Of a DNA stretch of 64,000 nucleotides, positions 53,459 to 61,859 are shown in pieces. The stretch spans positions 1 through 64,000 of the IMG/VR virus record IMGVR_UViG_3300049215_000481. The stretch is one strand, 5' to 3'. The notes beneath the pieces were generated by a model. That model did not search any database, was not told the DNA's origin, and saw nothing but the letters and a program-made list of their open reading frames with translations. This DNA is from a virus. A program made the translations under genes and the position numbers. Each line of letters starts with the position of its first letter. The first letter of the stretch is position 1.

Positions 53459-53788
53459 ATGCCGTCCATCGCCATCCAAGAAGCCTTCGTCGCCATCTCG
53501 GCGGCCACCACCGGAGGCGTCCTCACCGTCACCGCGACCGACTACCTCTTCCCAGGCGCACTGGCGTGGGTCGTCAAGGACGACGGCAGCGCTCGCGCTC
53601 GGGTGAAGATCATCGCACGCCTCAGCTCGACGACCGTCCTGGTCCGCCGCTTCATCAACGACAACGAGAACGGGCCGCCGAACTACGGCAGCTCGGACAT
53701 GTCGGCGTTCAACGGCTCCTCGCACATCTGCCAGGAGCCCCAGACGGCTCCGGTCGACCCCGCCTACTCGGTCCGGGTCGTCGGCTAA
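53459..53788 (+). CDS. hypothetical late protein
   Basis: MPSIAIQ..., late motif upstream. Confidence 0.7.
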   Translation: MPSIAIQEAFVAISAATTGGVLTVTATDYLFPGALAWVVKDDGSARARVKIIARLSSTTVLVRRFINDNENGPPNYGSSDMSAFNGSSHICQEPQTAPVDPAYSVRVVG

Positions 53789-53808
53789 CCCAGCCTCGCC
53801 TCACCTGC

Positions 53809-53843
53809 AAGGGCGCCGCCTCCGCTCGGGGGTCGGCGCCCTT
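53809..53843. terminator. hairpin between convergent late and replication blocks
   Basis: AAGGGCGCCG...CGGCGCCCTT. Confidence 0.75.
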
Positions 53844-53846
53844 CGT

Positions 53847-55088
53847 CTATCTGGGCACGTAGACGTAGCTCGTCGCGAGCTTCGCGCGCGTGATGGCGGT
53901 GTACAGCCAGCGCGCCTTCTCGCGCCCCTTGAGCATGCCCAGCGCGTCCTCCAGGACGATGAGCACCTCGGGCCACTCGGAGCCCTGCGACTTGTGGCAG
54001 GTGAGCGCGTAGCCGTAGTTGCAGTGCAGGTGCGGCGGGACGTGCTCGTAGTCGTGGTTGTCCTGGTACCAGAAGCGCGCGCCGCGCCGGATGGCAGAGA
54101 TGCCGATCTGTGCCGCGTCCGTCTTGCCGAAGATCTCGTCCGGCGACAGCGTGGCCCAGTTCTCGTCGATCCGACCGACGCCGAAGTGCATCTCCAGCGC
54201 GCTGTTCGTGAACCTGTCGCTCACCACCTTCGGGCTCGGCGCGTACTGCCAGCCGCCGAAGTCGATGACCTCCCCGTTGTACCGGTTCAGCTTGTAGTTG
54301 TTCTGCGTGACCAGCAGCGGCTCCCCTGCTTTCAGGGTCGCCGGCTCGTACCCCAGCGCAGCCCGCACTTGGTTGTTCAGGTCGTGGCGGCGCAGGTTCG
54401 TGAAGGAGATGGCGCATCCGCCGCGGGCGCGCGTCGCGATGATCTCGTCGACCAGCTTGTCGGCTCCTACGGCGCGCAGGTGCCGCATCGCCATGAACTC
54501 CGGCTTACCCTCACGGAGGCTCATCGAGGCGCGGATGATCGGCGAGTCGAGGGCCTGGCGGTGGACCTCGGTGAGGTTGACGGAGAAGGGCGTCTCGACG
54601 CTGAGGGTGGAGAACGGGTTGCCCTCCTTGTCCTTGTGGACTGGCGGGAGCTGGAAGAGGTCACCCATCAGGACGATGTGGAAGCCGATGAGGCGCGCGA
54701 CCTTCAGGAGGTCGTGCCACACCTTCTCGTCCACCATCGACGCCTCGTCGATGAGCACGTACTTGCCGTGCATGTCGCCGACTTCCTCGGCCCACGACGT
54801 CTTCAGGTTGAAGACGAGCTTGCCCTTGTCGTCCTCGCTCGGGTCGTAGAGGAACCGGTGGATGGTCGACGCGGGCAGCCCGGTCGCCTCGTGGACGCGC
54901 AGCGCGGCCTTGCCGGTCGGCGTGAGGATGACCGGCTCGCCGTACAGCTCTGCGAGGACCGAGATCATCGTGGTCTTGCCGGTGCCGGCGTAGCCGGTGA
55001 TCTTGGCGACCAGCTCGTCGTTCTGCGCGAGGAAGACTCCTGTCATGTCGGCAGCGGCCTGCTGCCCTGACGCGAGGACGAGGCTCAT
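53847..55088 (-). CDS. Dda/RecD-like SF1B DNA helicase
   Basis: GYAGTGKT, PTGKAA, IDEASM, GDLFQLPPV, LTEVHRQ, YALTCHKSQGSEW, LYTAITRAK. Confidence 0.93.
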   Translation of the reverse strand: MSLVLASGQQAAADMTGVFLAQNDELVAKITGYAGTGKTTMISVLAELYGEPVILTPTGKAALRVHEATGLPASTIHRFLYDPSEDDKGKLVFNLKTSWAEEVGDMHGKYVLIDEASMVDEKVWHDLLKVARLIGFHIVLMGDLFQLPPVHKDKEGNPFSTLSVETPFSVNLTEVHRQALDSPIIRASMSLREGKPEFMAMRHLRAVGADKLVDEIIATRARGGCAISFTNLRRHDLNNQVRAALGYEPATLKAGEPLLVTQNNYKLNRYNGEVIDFGGWQYAPSPKVVSDRFTNSALEMHFGVGRIDENWATLSPDEIFGKTDAAQIGISAIRRGARFWYQDNHDYEHVPPHLHCNYGYALTCHKSQGSEWPEVLIVLEDALGMLKGREKARWLYTAITRAKLATSYVYVPR

Positions 55089-55378
55089 TGCTTCGCCGCG
55101 GTGAGGACGCCGATCTGGGCGCGCAGTTCGGCGTTTTCGCTCCTGAGCACAGCCAGCTCGATCTCGGCCTTCATCCGCAGCTCGTGCGGGGTGAGCCTGC
55201 CGGCCTTCACGATGGCGAGAGTGAAGCGCTCGCCGACGCGGTTCCTGAAGCCGTGCTCGATGTAGTTGACGATCTCGGGCCCGGGACGGAGCAGGCGCTT
55301 CTTCGCACCCCACCTCATCAGTCGGCAGCCGATGAGAGCCACGATGGCCCGCGGCAAGCTGAGCCTCTGCCCGATCAT
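55085..55378 (-). CDS. hypothetical protein
   Basis: ATGA overlaps on both sides. Confidence 0.6.
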   Translation of the reverse strand: MIGQRLSLPRAIVALIGCRLMRWGAKKRLLRPGPEIVNYIEHGFRNRVGERFTLAIVKAGRLTPHELRMKAEIELAVLRSENAELRAQIGVLTAAKQ

Positions 55379-55704
55379 TGGTGCCACCCGGGAAGCGAGC
55401 GCCACTCGATAGGGCGGCCGGCGGCGAGCGCTCTCTTGATGCCGTACTCCATGCCCATCGAGATCCCGCGGTCGATGTAGACGACCGTCTTCTCTGCCGC
55501 GTCACCCCAGAGGAGGCCAGCTTCGATGCCGAGGGTCCGCTCGCTGGGGATGTCGTCGTTGAGCACGCTGGGCTGTGTGTACAGCGCGTGGCTGGCGTAC
55601 GGCGCCTCGTCGCGCATGAGGCAGTCGTGCATCGCCGCGCGCACGTACTGGAGGTTCTGACTGACGTCGCCCGCGAACGGGCTCTCGATTAGGACGCGAA
55701 TCAT
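55375..55704 (-). CDS. NDT-fold-like small phage protein
   Basis: VLIESPFAGD...PYASHALYTQ...GISMGMEYGI. Confidence 0.75.
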   Translation of the reverse strand: MIRVLIESPFAGDVSQNLQYVRAAMHDCLMRDEAPYASHALYTQPSVLNDDIPSERTLGIEAGLLWGDAAEKTVVYIDRGISMGMEYGIKRALAAGRPIEWRSLPGWHQ

Positions 55705-56009
55705 GACGCCGGACGAGTCACTGCGAGGCCGAAGCACGCGAGGCCGAGGAAGACGTTCGCGAACCCGAACAGGACGAGCCCTGCGGTGAAGGCGTGGATC
55801 GCTAGGGCTGCGACGGCGGCTCCGACCAGGAGGTAGAAGAACCGCACCACCACGTGCAGGCTCGACTCCGAGATGGTGGCCTGGAGCACCGCCAGGATGC
55901 CCAGCATCGCCAGCGGAGCCAGGCTGTGCGCGAGCACCGCCAGGCAGCAGGCAGCCTCGAAGAGGAAGATGGGCGGGGTGTAGCGAGCGAGACGTTGCAG
56001 CTTGTCCAT
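55701..56009 (-). CDS. multi-pass membrane protein
   Basis: MDKLQRL..., ATG 9 nt after motif, hydrophobic. Confidence 0.7.
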   Translation of the reverse strand: MDKLQRLARYTPPIFLFEAACCLAVLAHSLAPLAMLGILAVLQATISESSLHVVVRFFYLLVGAAVAALAIHAFTAGLVLFGFANVFLGLACFGLAVTRPAS

Positions 56010-56026
56010 GTGAGCCTGATAGCGAA

Positions 56027-56536
56027 TCAGCGCCTCGTGAGCGCCTTGTGGATCTTCCGGCGGATGATGTCGCGCTTCATCGTGCCTGCGCCGTCCACGA
56101 ACACCTTGCCGTCGAGGTGCTCGATCTCGTGCTGCGCGCACTGGGCCTCGATGCCGTACATGAGGAAGCGCGAGCGCGCGCCGTACGCCTCCTGCGCGGA
56201 GATGATGACCTCTGGGTGGCGCAGGACCTTCTCCGAGTATCCGGGCACCGACAGACAGCCCTCCTCGACCAGCGCCGGCTCGTCGATCAGCTCCTCGATC
56301 TGCGGGTTGACGTACGCCCGCACGGAGCCGTTGAAGGGAGCGAGTGCGATGAAGACGCGCTTCGGCACCCCCACCTGGATGGCCGCGAGGCCGACGCCGT
56401 TGTTCACGCGCATCGTCTCGATCATGTCGGCGACGAGCTTCTTGAACTCGTCGGACGCCTGCTCCTCGAAGCTGACCGGTTCGCTGACCTGCGCGAGGAC
56501 GCGGCTCGGCCAGTACACGAGCTGAAGGACGCTCAT
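56027..56536 (-). CDS. def: peptide deformylase
   Basis: GVGLAAIQVG, EGCLS, QHEIEHLDG. Confidence 0.97.
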   Translation of the reverse strand: MSVLQLVYWPSRVLAQVSEPVSFEEQASDEFKKLVADMIETMRVNNGVGLAAIQVGVPKRVFIALAPFNGSVRAYVNPQIEELIDEPALVEEGCLSVPGYSEKVLRHPEVIISAQEAYGARSRFLMYGIEAQCAQHEIEHLDGKVFVDGAGTMKRDIIRRKIHKALTRR

Positions 56537-56555
56537 CGTTGACTCCTGAATGGAT

Positions 56556-56607
56556 GGTGAGGGCCGGGCCGTTGGGTCAGGCCCTGGGACGGCCCGGCCC
56601 CTTCACC
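56556..56607 (-). other. long GC-rich hairpin in def leader
   Basis: GGTGA-GGGCCGGGCCGT...ACGGCCCGGCCC-CT-TCACC; no U-tract. Confidence 0.55.
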
Positions 56608-56614
56608 GGTGAAA

Positions 56615-56902
56615 TCAGCCCTCGGTCTTGGCCGAGGCGCGCTTCAGACCGAGCGAGCCGCCGATGTGGCTGAGCACCACCAAGACAGCGGTGGCCTTGA
56701 GCGCCGTGAACGAGGGCGCGGCGGCGAAGGTGCCGACGACGCCGTAGTTCCAGCACAGAGCGAAGACCCAGCCGCCGAGGAGGAAGAGCGCAGCCACCAA
56801 GGCCAGGAAGAGGATCACCACGATGATGGCGATGCCCGCGCCGGTGACACCGCGGAGGGTGCGCTGCATTTTCTGCTGAACGAAGTCGATGATCGAGAAC
56901 AT
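56615..56902 (-). CDS. membrane protein
   Basis: AAGGAG SD; two TM segments. Confidence 0.7.
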   Translation of the reverse strand: MFSIIDFVQQKMQRTLRGVTGAGIAIIVVILFLALVAALFLLGGWVFALCWNYGVVGTFAAAPSFTALKATAVLVVLSHIGGSLGLKRASAKTEG

Positions 56903-56957
56903 GTCTGCTCCTTGTTTGTTTTGCTTTTCGAGCCTTCAAGGAGCCTGATAGCGAATC

Positions 56958-57500
56958 TCACCACTCGGTGAAGTCGGTCAGCGTCTTCTTCTTCCGACAC
57001 GATACGCAGGCGATCGACGTGACGATGCCCAAGCCTGTGGGCGTGAACGTGTAGCTGAACCGGCCACCGGCCGCCGCGCGGCACCTGCCATGGCGCTTCT
57101 CGTGGCGCTTCATGAAGCGCTGCGCCAGGTCCTGCTCCTTCCACGTGAGCCGGAACTCGCCGTACGAGTACGTCATGCTACGGCCGAAGTAACTCGCGAT
57201 GACGGACTCGATGTTCTTCTTGCCGGCTGGATTCGCGCTGTGGCAGGTGGGCTTCTTCTCAGGCCAGCGACCGGTTGAGGCCATGAAGAGCGCGACCGTG
57301 TAGCCCGTCCAGTGGCATTTACACCCACACACGGACTTGTAGCCCTCGCACCCCTCGCACCCCTCGCAGTGCCCGAGGTCGTGGTCCAGCGACACCTCCT
57401 CGAAGTGCTGGCGGCCCAGCACCTCGATGGCGTCGAGGGCCGTCTTGACGTGCATCCAGCCCTCAGGAGCTGGGCGCTTGTCGTCGAGCCAGAGCTTCAC
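56958..57500 (-). CDS. cyclic-phosphate-processing receiver-like domain protein with C-terminal extension
   Basis: KLWLDDKRPAPEGW...EVSLDHDLG...TGY...HSANPAG. Confidence 0.8.
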   Translation of the reverse strand: MKLWLDDKRPAPEGWMHVKTALDAIEVLGRQHFEEVSLDHDLGHCEGCEGCEGYKSVCGCKCHWTGYTVALFMASTGRWPEKKPTCHSANPAGKKNIESVIASYFGRSMTYSYGEFRLTWKEQDLAQRFMKRHEKRHGRCRAAAGGRFSYTFTPTGLGIVTSIACVSCRKKKTLTDFTEW

Positions 57501-57772
57501 GACGGCTTCCCCGTCGGGGTCGGGTACGCGGAAACGGAGCCCGGCGGAAGCTGCATGTCGTCCGTGTTCGAGCGCCGGATGGTGCACTCGTAGATGACCC
57601 CGTTCCCGTCGGGGTCCATCGTCGCGTAGATGAGTGTGTCCGCGGACACGTAGACCACCGACGCGTCCGAGTCGACCTTCTGCAGCTCCTTGGCCGCACC
57701 GGCGATCATCGTGTCGACCTCTTGTTGGCTGAGCTTCCCCTCGGGGACCCAGCGCTTCATCTTGACGTCCAT
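57497..57772 (-). CDS. hypothetical protein
   Basis: ORF track. Confidence 0.65.
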   Translation of the reverse strand: MDVKMKRWVPEGKLSQQEVDTMIAGAAKELQKVDSDASVVYVSADTLIYATMDPDGNGVIYECTIRRSNTDDMQLPPGSVSAYPTPTGKPS

Positions 57773-58509
57773 TAGACGCCCGTGCTGCCCATCCCGCCCG
57801 CGCCGCGCGCGGTGTCGCTCAGCTCGTCGGTCTCGACGAACTCGACCTCGGGGACCTTCTGGATCACGAGCTGGGCGATGCGGTCGCCGTTGTTGATGTC
57901 GAAGGCCTCGGAGCCGTGGTTGATGATGATGGCGCCGACCTCACCGCGGTAGTCGGCGTCGACCGTGCCGGGCGAGTTGACGATGGAGATGCCCTTCTTG
58001 ATGGCCAGGCCGGAGCGCGGGCGCACCTGCGCCTCGTAGCCCGGCGGCAACTCGATCGCGATGCCGGCGCCGATGACCTTGCGCTGCCCCGGATAGATCC
58101 TCTGCGGGGCGCTCACGCGAGCGTGGAGGTCCACACCGGCGGCGCCCTCGGTCTGCTGCCTCGGGATGATGGCGTCGTCGAACAGCTTCTTGATCTTGAC
58201 GGTGACGTTGCTCATCTGTTCTTCCTCCCAGCTCTTCTTCTCGTCCGCGAGAACTTCGTCCCACACCTTGTTCTGGTAGTCGTTCGCCTCGCCGATGACG
58301 ACGCTGGCGTAGTAGTTCGGCTTCGACAGAAGCCCGCCGGTGATCTCGCAGTAGACCTTCGAGACCTGGTCCATCACGAAGCCGTAGTCGAACAGCTCGC
58401 ACATCACCTTCTCGGGGACGATGTTCCCCGCCTCGTCGCACACCAGGGCCTTCCAGTGGTTCTCCCACTGCTCGACGACTTCTGGCGGCACGGGCTTCTT
58501 CTCGCTCAT
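57772..58509 (-). CDS. dut: dUTPase (58215-57772) with in-frame 98-aa N-terminal domain
   Basis: AAGVDL, RPRSGLA, GTVDADYRGE, RIAQL, RGAGGMGSTG. Confidence 0.93.
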   Translation of the reverse strand: MSEKKPVPPEVVEQWENHWKALVCDEAGNIVPEKVMCELFDYGFVMDQVSKVYCEITGGLLSKPNYYASVVIGEANDYQNKVWDEVLADEKKSWEEEQMSNVTVKIKKLFDDAIIPRQQTEGAAGVDLHARVSAPQRIYPGQRKVIGAGIAIELPPGYEAQVRPRSGLAIKKGISIVNSPGTVDADYRGEVGAIIINHGSEAFDINNGDRIAQLVIQKVPEVEFVETDELSDTARGAGGMGSTGV

Positions 58510-58796
58510 TTCGCGGCCTCCTCGCAGTAGCGCCGCACGGCCTCTTCGAGGCTGCAGCAGTCCGTGTCCTCCGCGAAGCTGAACGTCACCGTCAGGTGTC
58601 CTCGCTTCCCGATGATGGTGTCCTCGCCGCGATCGAAGAACTGCTCCAGGAGGTACCTGCAGCTCGGCTTGTTCGTCTCGGGGTTCGTCTTGGAGTGCCT
58701 GAGATGGGTCTCGTCCGACGGACAGTCGTCGATGACGATGCGGCCGAACGGGTCCTGTCGCACCCAGCCCTTAACGCTGAAGAACTTGTTGATCAT
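58506..58796 (-). CDS. hypothetical protein
   Basis: MINKFF..., variant motif AACGCTAT upstream. Confidence 0.65.
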   Translation of the reverse strand: MINKFFSVKGWVRQDPFGRIVIDDCPSDETHLRHSKTNPETNKPSCRYLLEQFFDRGEDTIIGKRGHLTVTFSFAEDTDCCSLEEAVRRYCEEAAK

Positions 58797-58816
58797 GTGT
58801 GGGCCCAATAGCGTTT

Positions 58817-59269
58817 CTACTCGTCGCGGCGAACGACAATGCCGTAGCGCAGGCCGTCCCTGTCGGGGGTCCACCAGCGCAGGAGCTGCTTCGCGTTGAT
58901 CACATCGACGCCGCATTCCTTGCGGTTCCACGCCGCGTTCCAACTGTCGAACGTGACGATGCGGACGCCGATGGCGCCGATCGCAGTCGCCCAGTGTCGG
59001 CCCTCCTCGACCGACAGGATGACGGCCGCGCCCTCACGCAGGTGGTGCAGCAGCGCCTCGTGCGCTTCGTCCTTCGGAGCCCGCAGGTCCTCCGGAGTGA
59101 ATCCGAGGCGCTCCAGCGCGTTCTTGATGCCGTGCTCTGTCGTGCCGTCCTTCTTCGTCGTGCCGCTGTGGGCACGAACGCTCCGCTCGGAGACTTTCAC
59201 TCCGAGCGCACGTGCGGCGTTGACGACGGCGAGGATGCCGCAGGTATATCGGCTTCGCTGCAACTTCAT
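58817..59269 (-). CDS. C39-like cysteine peptidase
   Basis: Q....TCG..A...GT...HW......FDS catalytic order. Confidence 0.75.
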   Translation of the reverse strand: MKLQRSRYTCGILAVVNAARALGVKVSERSVRAHSGTTKKDGTTEHGIKNALERLGFTPEDLRAPKDEAHEALLHHLREGAAVILSVEEGRHWATAIGAIGVRIVTFDSWNAAWNRKECGVDVINAKQLLRWWTPDRDGLRYGIVVRRDE

Positions 59270-59826
59270 AGCCCGCGCCGCTCTAGATGCTGCGCCACTT
59301 GTCGCACCCACGTGCAGAACTCCTGAATAGTCATGCTGGCCTTGGCCACATTGCAGCGCCAACACGCCGTTACGCAGTTCGCGGCCGAGTAGCCGTACCG
59401 GCTGTTGACGCGATCGAGGCCGTTGTACAGGTACCTACTGTGCTGCCCGCCATTGATGGCCACCGTGGCCGGTGGAGTGCCACAGTAGAAGCACGGCTGT
59501 GTCGTCAGTTCTCGGAACTGGCGTCTACCAATGCGGAAGCTGAGCCCGCGTCGTCGAGCCGTGTGGCGGTATTTGTTCAGGAGAAGGTTGAAGCCGCTAA
59601 GGCCGGCTGGCTTGCGGCGCCGTCGACCCGCGTCACCAGGCCCCCAACAGCCGCAAGAACGAGAGCCTCCTTGTCGCAAGCTGTAGCCAGCGACGGCCTT
59701 TCGACGTCCACATCGGCATCTACAGTCCCAATACAACGACGCGCTCTTGCTCCGGCGGCCCGCTAACGCCAGAACTGTCCAATGGCCGAACGTACGTCCG
59801 ATGAGATTGATTGGGCGGGCTGGCAT
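59266..59826 (-). CDS. HNH homing endonuclease
   Basis: NLIGRTFGHWTV..WDCRCRCG; CFYCG...NGLDRVNSRYGY..NCVTACWRCNVAK. Confidence 0.9.
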   Translation of the reverse strand: MPARPINLIGRTFGHWTVLALAGRRSKSASLYWDCRCRCGRRKAVAGYSLRQGGSRSCGCWGPGDAGRRRRKPAGLSGFNLLLNKYRHTARRRGLSFRIGRRQFRELTTQPCFYCGTPPATVAINGGQHSRYLYNGLDRVNSRYGYSAANCVTACWRCNVAKASMTIQEFCTWVRQVAQHLERRGL

Positions 59827-59827
59827 A

Positions 59828-60919
59828 TCAGTGCTTCTCGGTGCCGTTCTTCCGCAGCAGGTACGTCTCGCCGACCAGCTTGAGGACGACGCGGCCGAGG
59901 GCCGGGTGCCGGCGCTCCACGACGGGGCGGATGACGATGCCCTCGCGGAAGTGTCCGGCGATCGTGCTCGGACCATCAGAGAGAGGCTCGACCACCGCGG
60001 GGTCGTACGGGCCGCGGTACACGACGGGCACCGTGGGGAGGTCGATGGTGCGGCAGACGGAGACAATGTCGTCGTGGCTGCGGAACTCGCGCGTGGGCAT
60101 GTGCATGATGTCGAAGATGGCGAGCCGGATCTCACCGTCCTTGAGGCCGTACTCCATGTCCTGCACGCCCGAGCCGTACACCTCGCCGTAGAAGGCCACG
60201 TCCGGCCACTTGGCGAGCTTCTCGACCAGGTTGTACTGGCGCGCCGCGCGCCACCAGATGCTGTCGTCCTCGACGGGGCGCATGACCCTGTGCGAGCTGA
60301 CCCATAGCCGCCCCTTCGTGAAGCACAGCGCGGCGTTGCACCCGTGGATCTTCTCGGTCGCGACGATCTCTTCGCCCGGCGTCAGCACCGCCTTGTGCTT
60401 GCGGTAGTGGTTGATCTCGTACACCGGCATGAGGCGCGGGATCGGCTTCTTGACGAGACCCAGCTTCTTGCGCGCCCACGAGACGAAGCGCTGCCACAGC
60501 GTCTTCGGCTTCTTCTCGCGCTGCTCGGGCTGGTACGTCGCCTCGGGCTCCTCGTACTTCGTGATGCCGAGGGCCAGCGACACATCAGTGCCGTCGGGGC
60601 CGTGTCCGGGGGTCGGACCAGGACCAAGCGCTCCGATCGGCACGAGCATGCCCATCGAGAAGATCTGCCGAAGGCGCACTGCCTTGAGGCGGTGCACGCC
60701 GTTCTTGAACTTGAGGTGCGAGCAGTACGTCTTCACCCACTCGCGGTCCTCGGGGATGAGTGACTCGACGGGAATGTAGACGGCGAGGTCGCCCTCCTTG
60801 AAGTCCGTCGTCCTGACGATGACGGGACAGCCCTCTACCTCGGTGATGCTGATGGTGTCGGCGTTCGGGTGCTTCGAGATGGTTCCGAGCTTCACTACCG
60901 GGACGGAGAAATCACTCAT
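59828..60919 (-). CDS. RNA ligase, DRB0094/Rnl2-like with N-terminal OB domain
   Basis: HPNADTI...GDLAVYIP...RLRQIFSMG; TEKIHG (motif I), YGEVYG, FDI, REGIVIR, LK. Confidence 0.92.
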   Translation of the reverse strand: MSDFSVPVVKLGTISKHPNADTISITEVEGCPVIVRTTDFKEGDLAVYIPVESLIPEDREWVKTYCSHLKFKNGVHRLKAVRLRQIFSMGMLVPIGALGPGPTPGHGPDGTDVSLALGITKYEEPEATYQPEQREKKPKTLWQRFVSWARKKLGLVKKPIPRLMPVYEINHYRKHKAVLTPGEEIVATEKIHGCNAALCFTKGRLWVSSHRVMRPVEDDSIWWRAARQYNLVEKLAKWPDVAFYGEVYGSGVQDMEYGLKDGEIRLAIFDIMHMPTREFRSHDDIVSVCRTIDLPTVPVVYRGPYDPAVVEPLSDGPSTIAGHFREGIVIRPVVERRHPALGRVVLKLVGETYLLRKNGTEKH

Positions 60920-61074
60920 CGGCCGCGCTTCTTTCGTTTGGGAAGCGGCGGCGCGGGGAGATAGAGCAGGATGATCCCGCCCCCAATGTGCAGCTCTGTC
61001 TTGATGTCGGCCGGTCGCTTCACGGGTTTCTGCTTTCCCGTGTCTGATAGCGATTCCGGCCGCTGTTCTCGGTG

Positions 61075-61374
61075 CTAGCTGAAGGCCTTTCGGCAGTGCT
61101 TGCACACGCGACGAACGGAGCCTGCCGGAGTGCTGAACGAGGCGACGTCCGCAGACCCGCACTCGGGACACGTGGGCTGGGACGTCTCGACCTTCTCGAC
61201 GACGTCCGGCGGTTCTTCTGACTCTGGCGTCAGTAGTTTGAGGCGGTCGATTTCTCGACGCAGCCTCTGAACTGTTCTGTGGAGCTGGTGGTTCTCACGC
61301 TTGAGGTCGGCCAGCTCTCTGCTTTTTCGGTCGTCACGGGCGAGGCGGTGTGGCGTCACGCGCTTCACATACAC
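61075..61374 (-). CDS. coiled-coil + Zn-ribbon protein
   Basis: CPECGS...CKHC; TAATCTT motif (61386-61392) and AGGAG upstream. Confidence 0.7.
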   Translation of the reverse strand: MYVKRVTPHRLARDDRKSRELADLKRENHQLHRTVQRLRREIDRLKLLTPESEEPPDVVEKVETSQPTCPECGSADVASFSTPAGSVRRVCKHCRKAFS

Positions 61375-61389
61375 TCCTGAGTGGAAAGA

Positions 61390-61650
61390 TTAGGTGGGGT
61401 CCGTCGAGACCACTGCCTCACCCTCCAACACCCAGTTCGAGCCGTTGTGCGTGATGCTGATGCGCTCCGGGTACGCAACACCGCATGAGAGGAGCGCCGG
61501 CTGATCAGCGACCGCCTGAATCAGACCGACGAGCCGCACTCGGGCTTCTTGACTGCCCTGGACGGACGGCTCGTCGTCGATACGAAGGCGGTGACGAGTC
61601 TTTGGGCTCGTCGGGTCGCCGATCTGCACCACTGTGACGGAGCGCTTCAC
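61390..61650 (-). CDS. hypothetical protein
   Basis: ORF track. Confidence 0.6.
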   Translation of the reverse strand: MKRSVTVVQIGDPTSPKTRHRLRIDDEPSVQGSQEARVRLVGLIQAVADQPALLSCGVAYPERISITHNGSNWVLEGEAVVSTDPT

Positions 61651-61859
61651 AGCGACGGGTCGCTGAAGTTGCCGTCTTCGTCCGACGGCTCCGCGTCCTC
61701 TTCCTCGTCGTCGTACGCGTCGGGGTCCTCGTCGACGATCTTCCCCGCCACCTGCGCCGCCACCTCTTCGATCTCGTCAGCGTCCAAGGAGTTCGTGCTC
61801 TCTTCGAGCGTCTCTTCCACGATGGTCTGAATGCGGCTTCGGCTGAGTCCCATGATCAT
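61647..61859 (-). CDS. small highly acidic protein
   Basis: D/E-rich 70 aa. Confidence 0.65.
   Translation of the reverse strand: MIMGLSRSRIQTIVEETLEESTNSLDADEIEEVAAQVAGKIVDEDPDAYDDEEEDAEPSDEDGNFSDPSL

Noticed and set aside
41428-53788. Diversity-generating retroelement or tail-fibre invertible shufflon
   Set aside because: No reverse transcriptase, no TR/VR pair and no inverted cassette or repeats noticed by eye; a self-dotplot would be decisive
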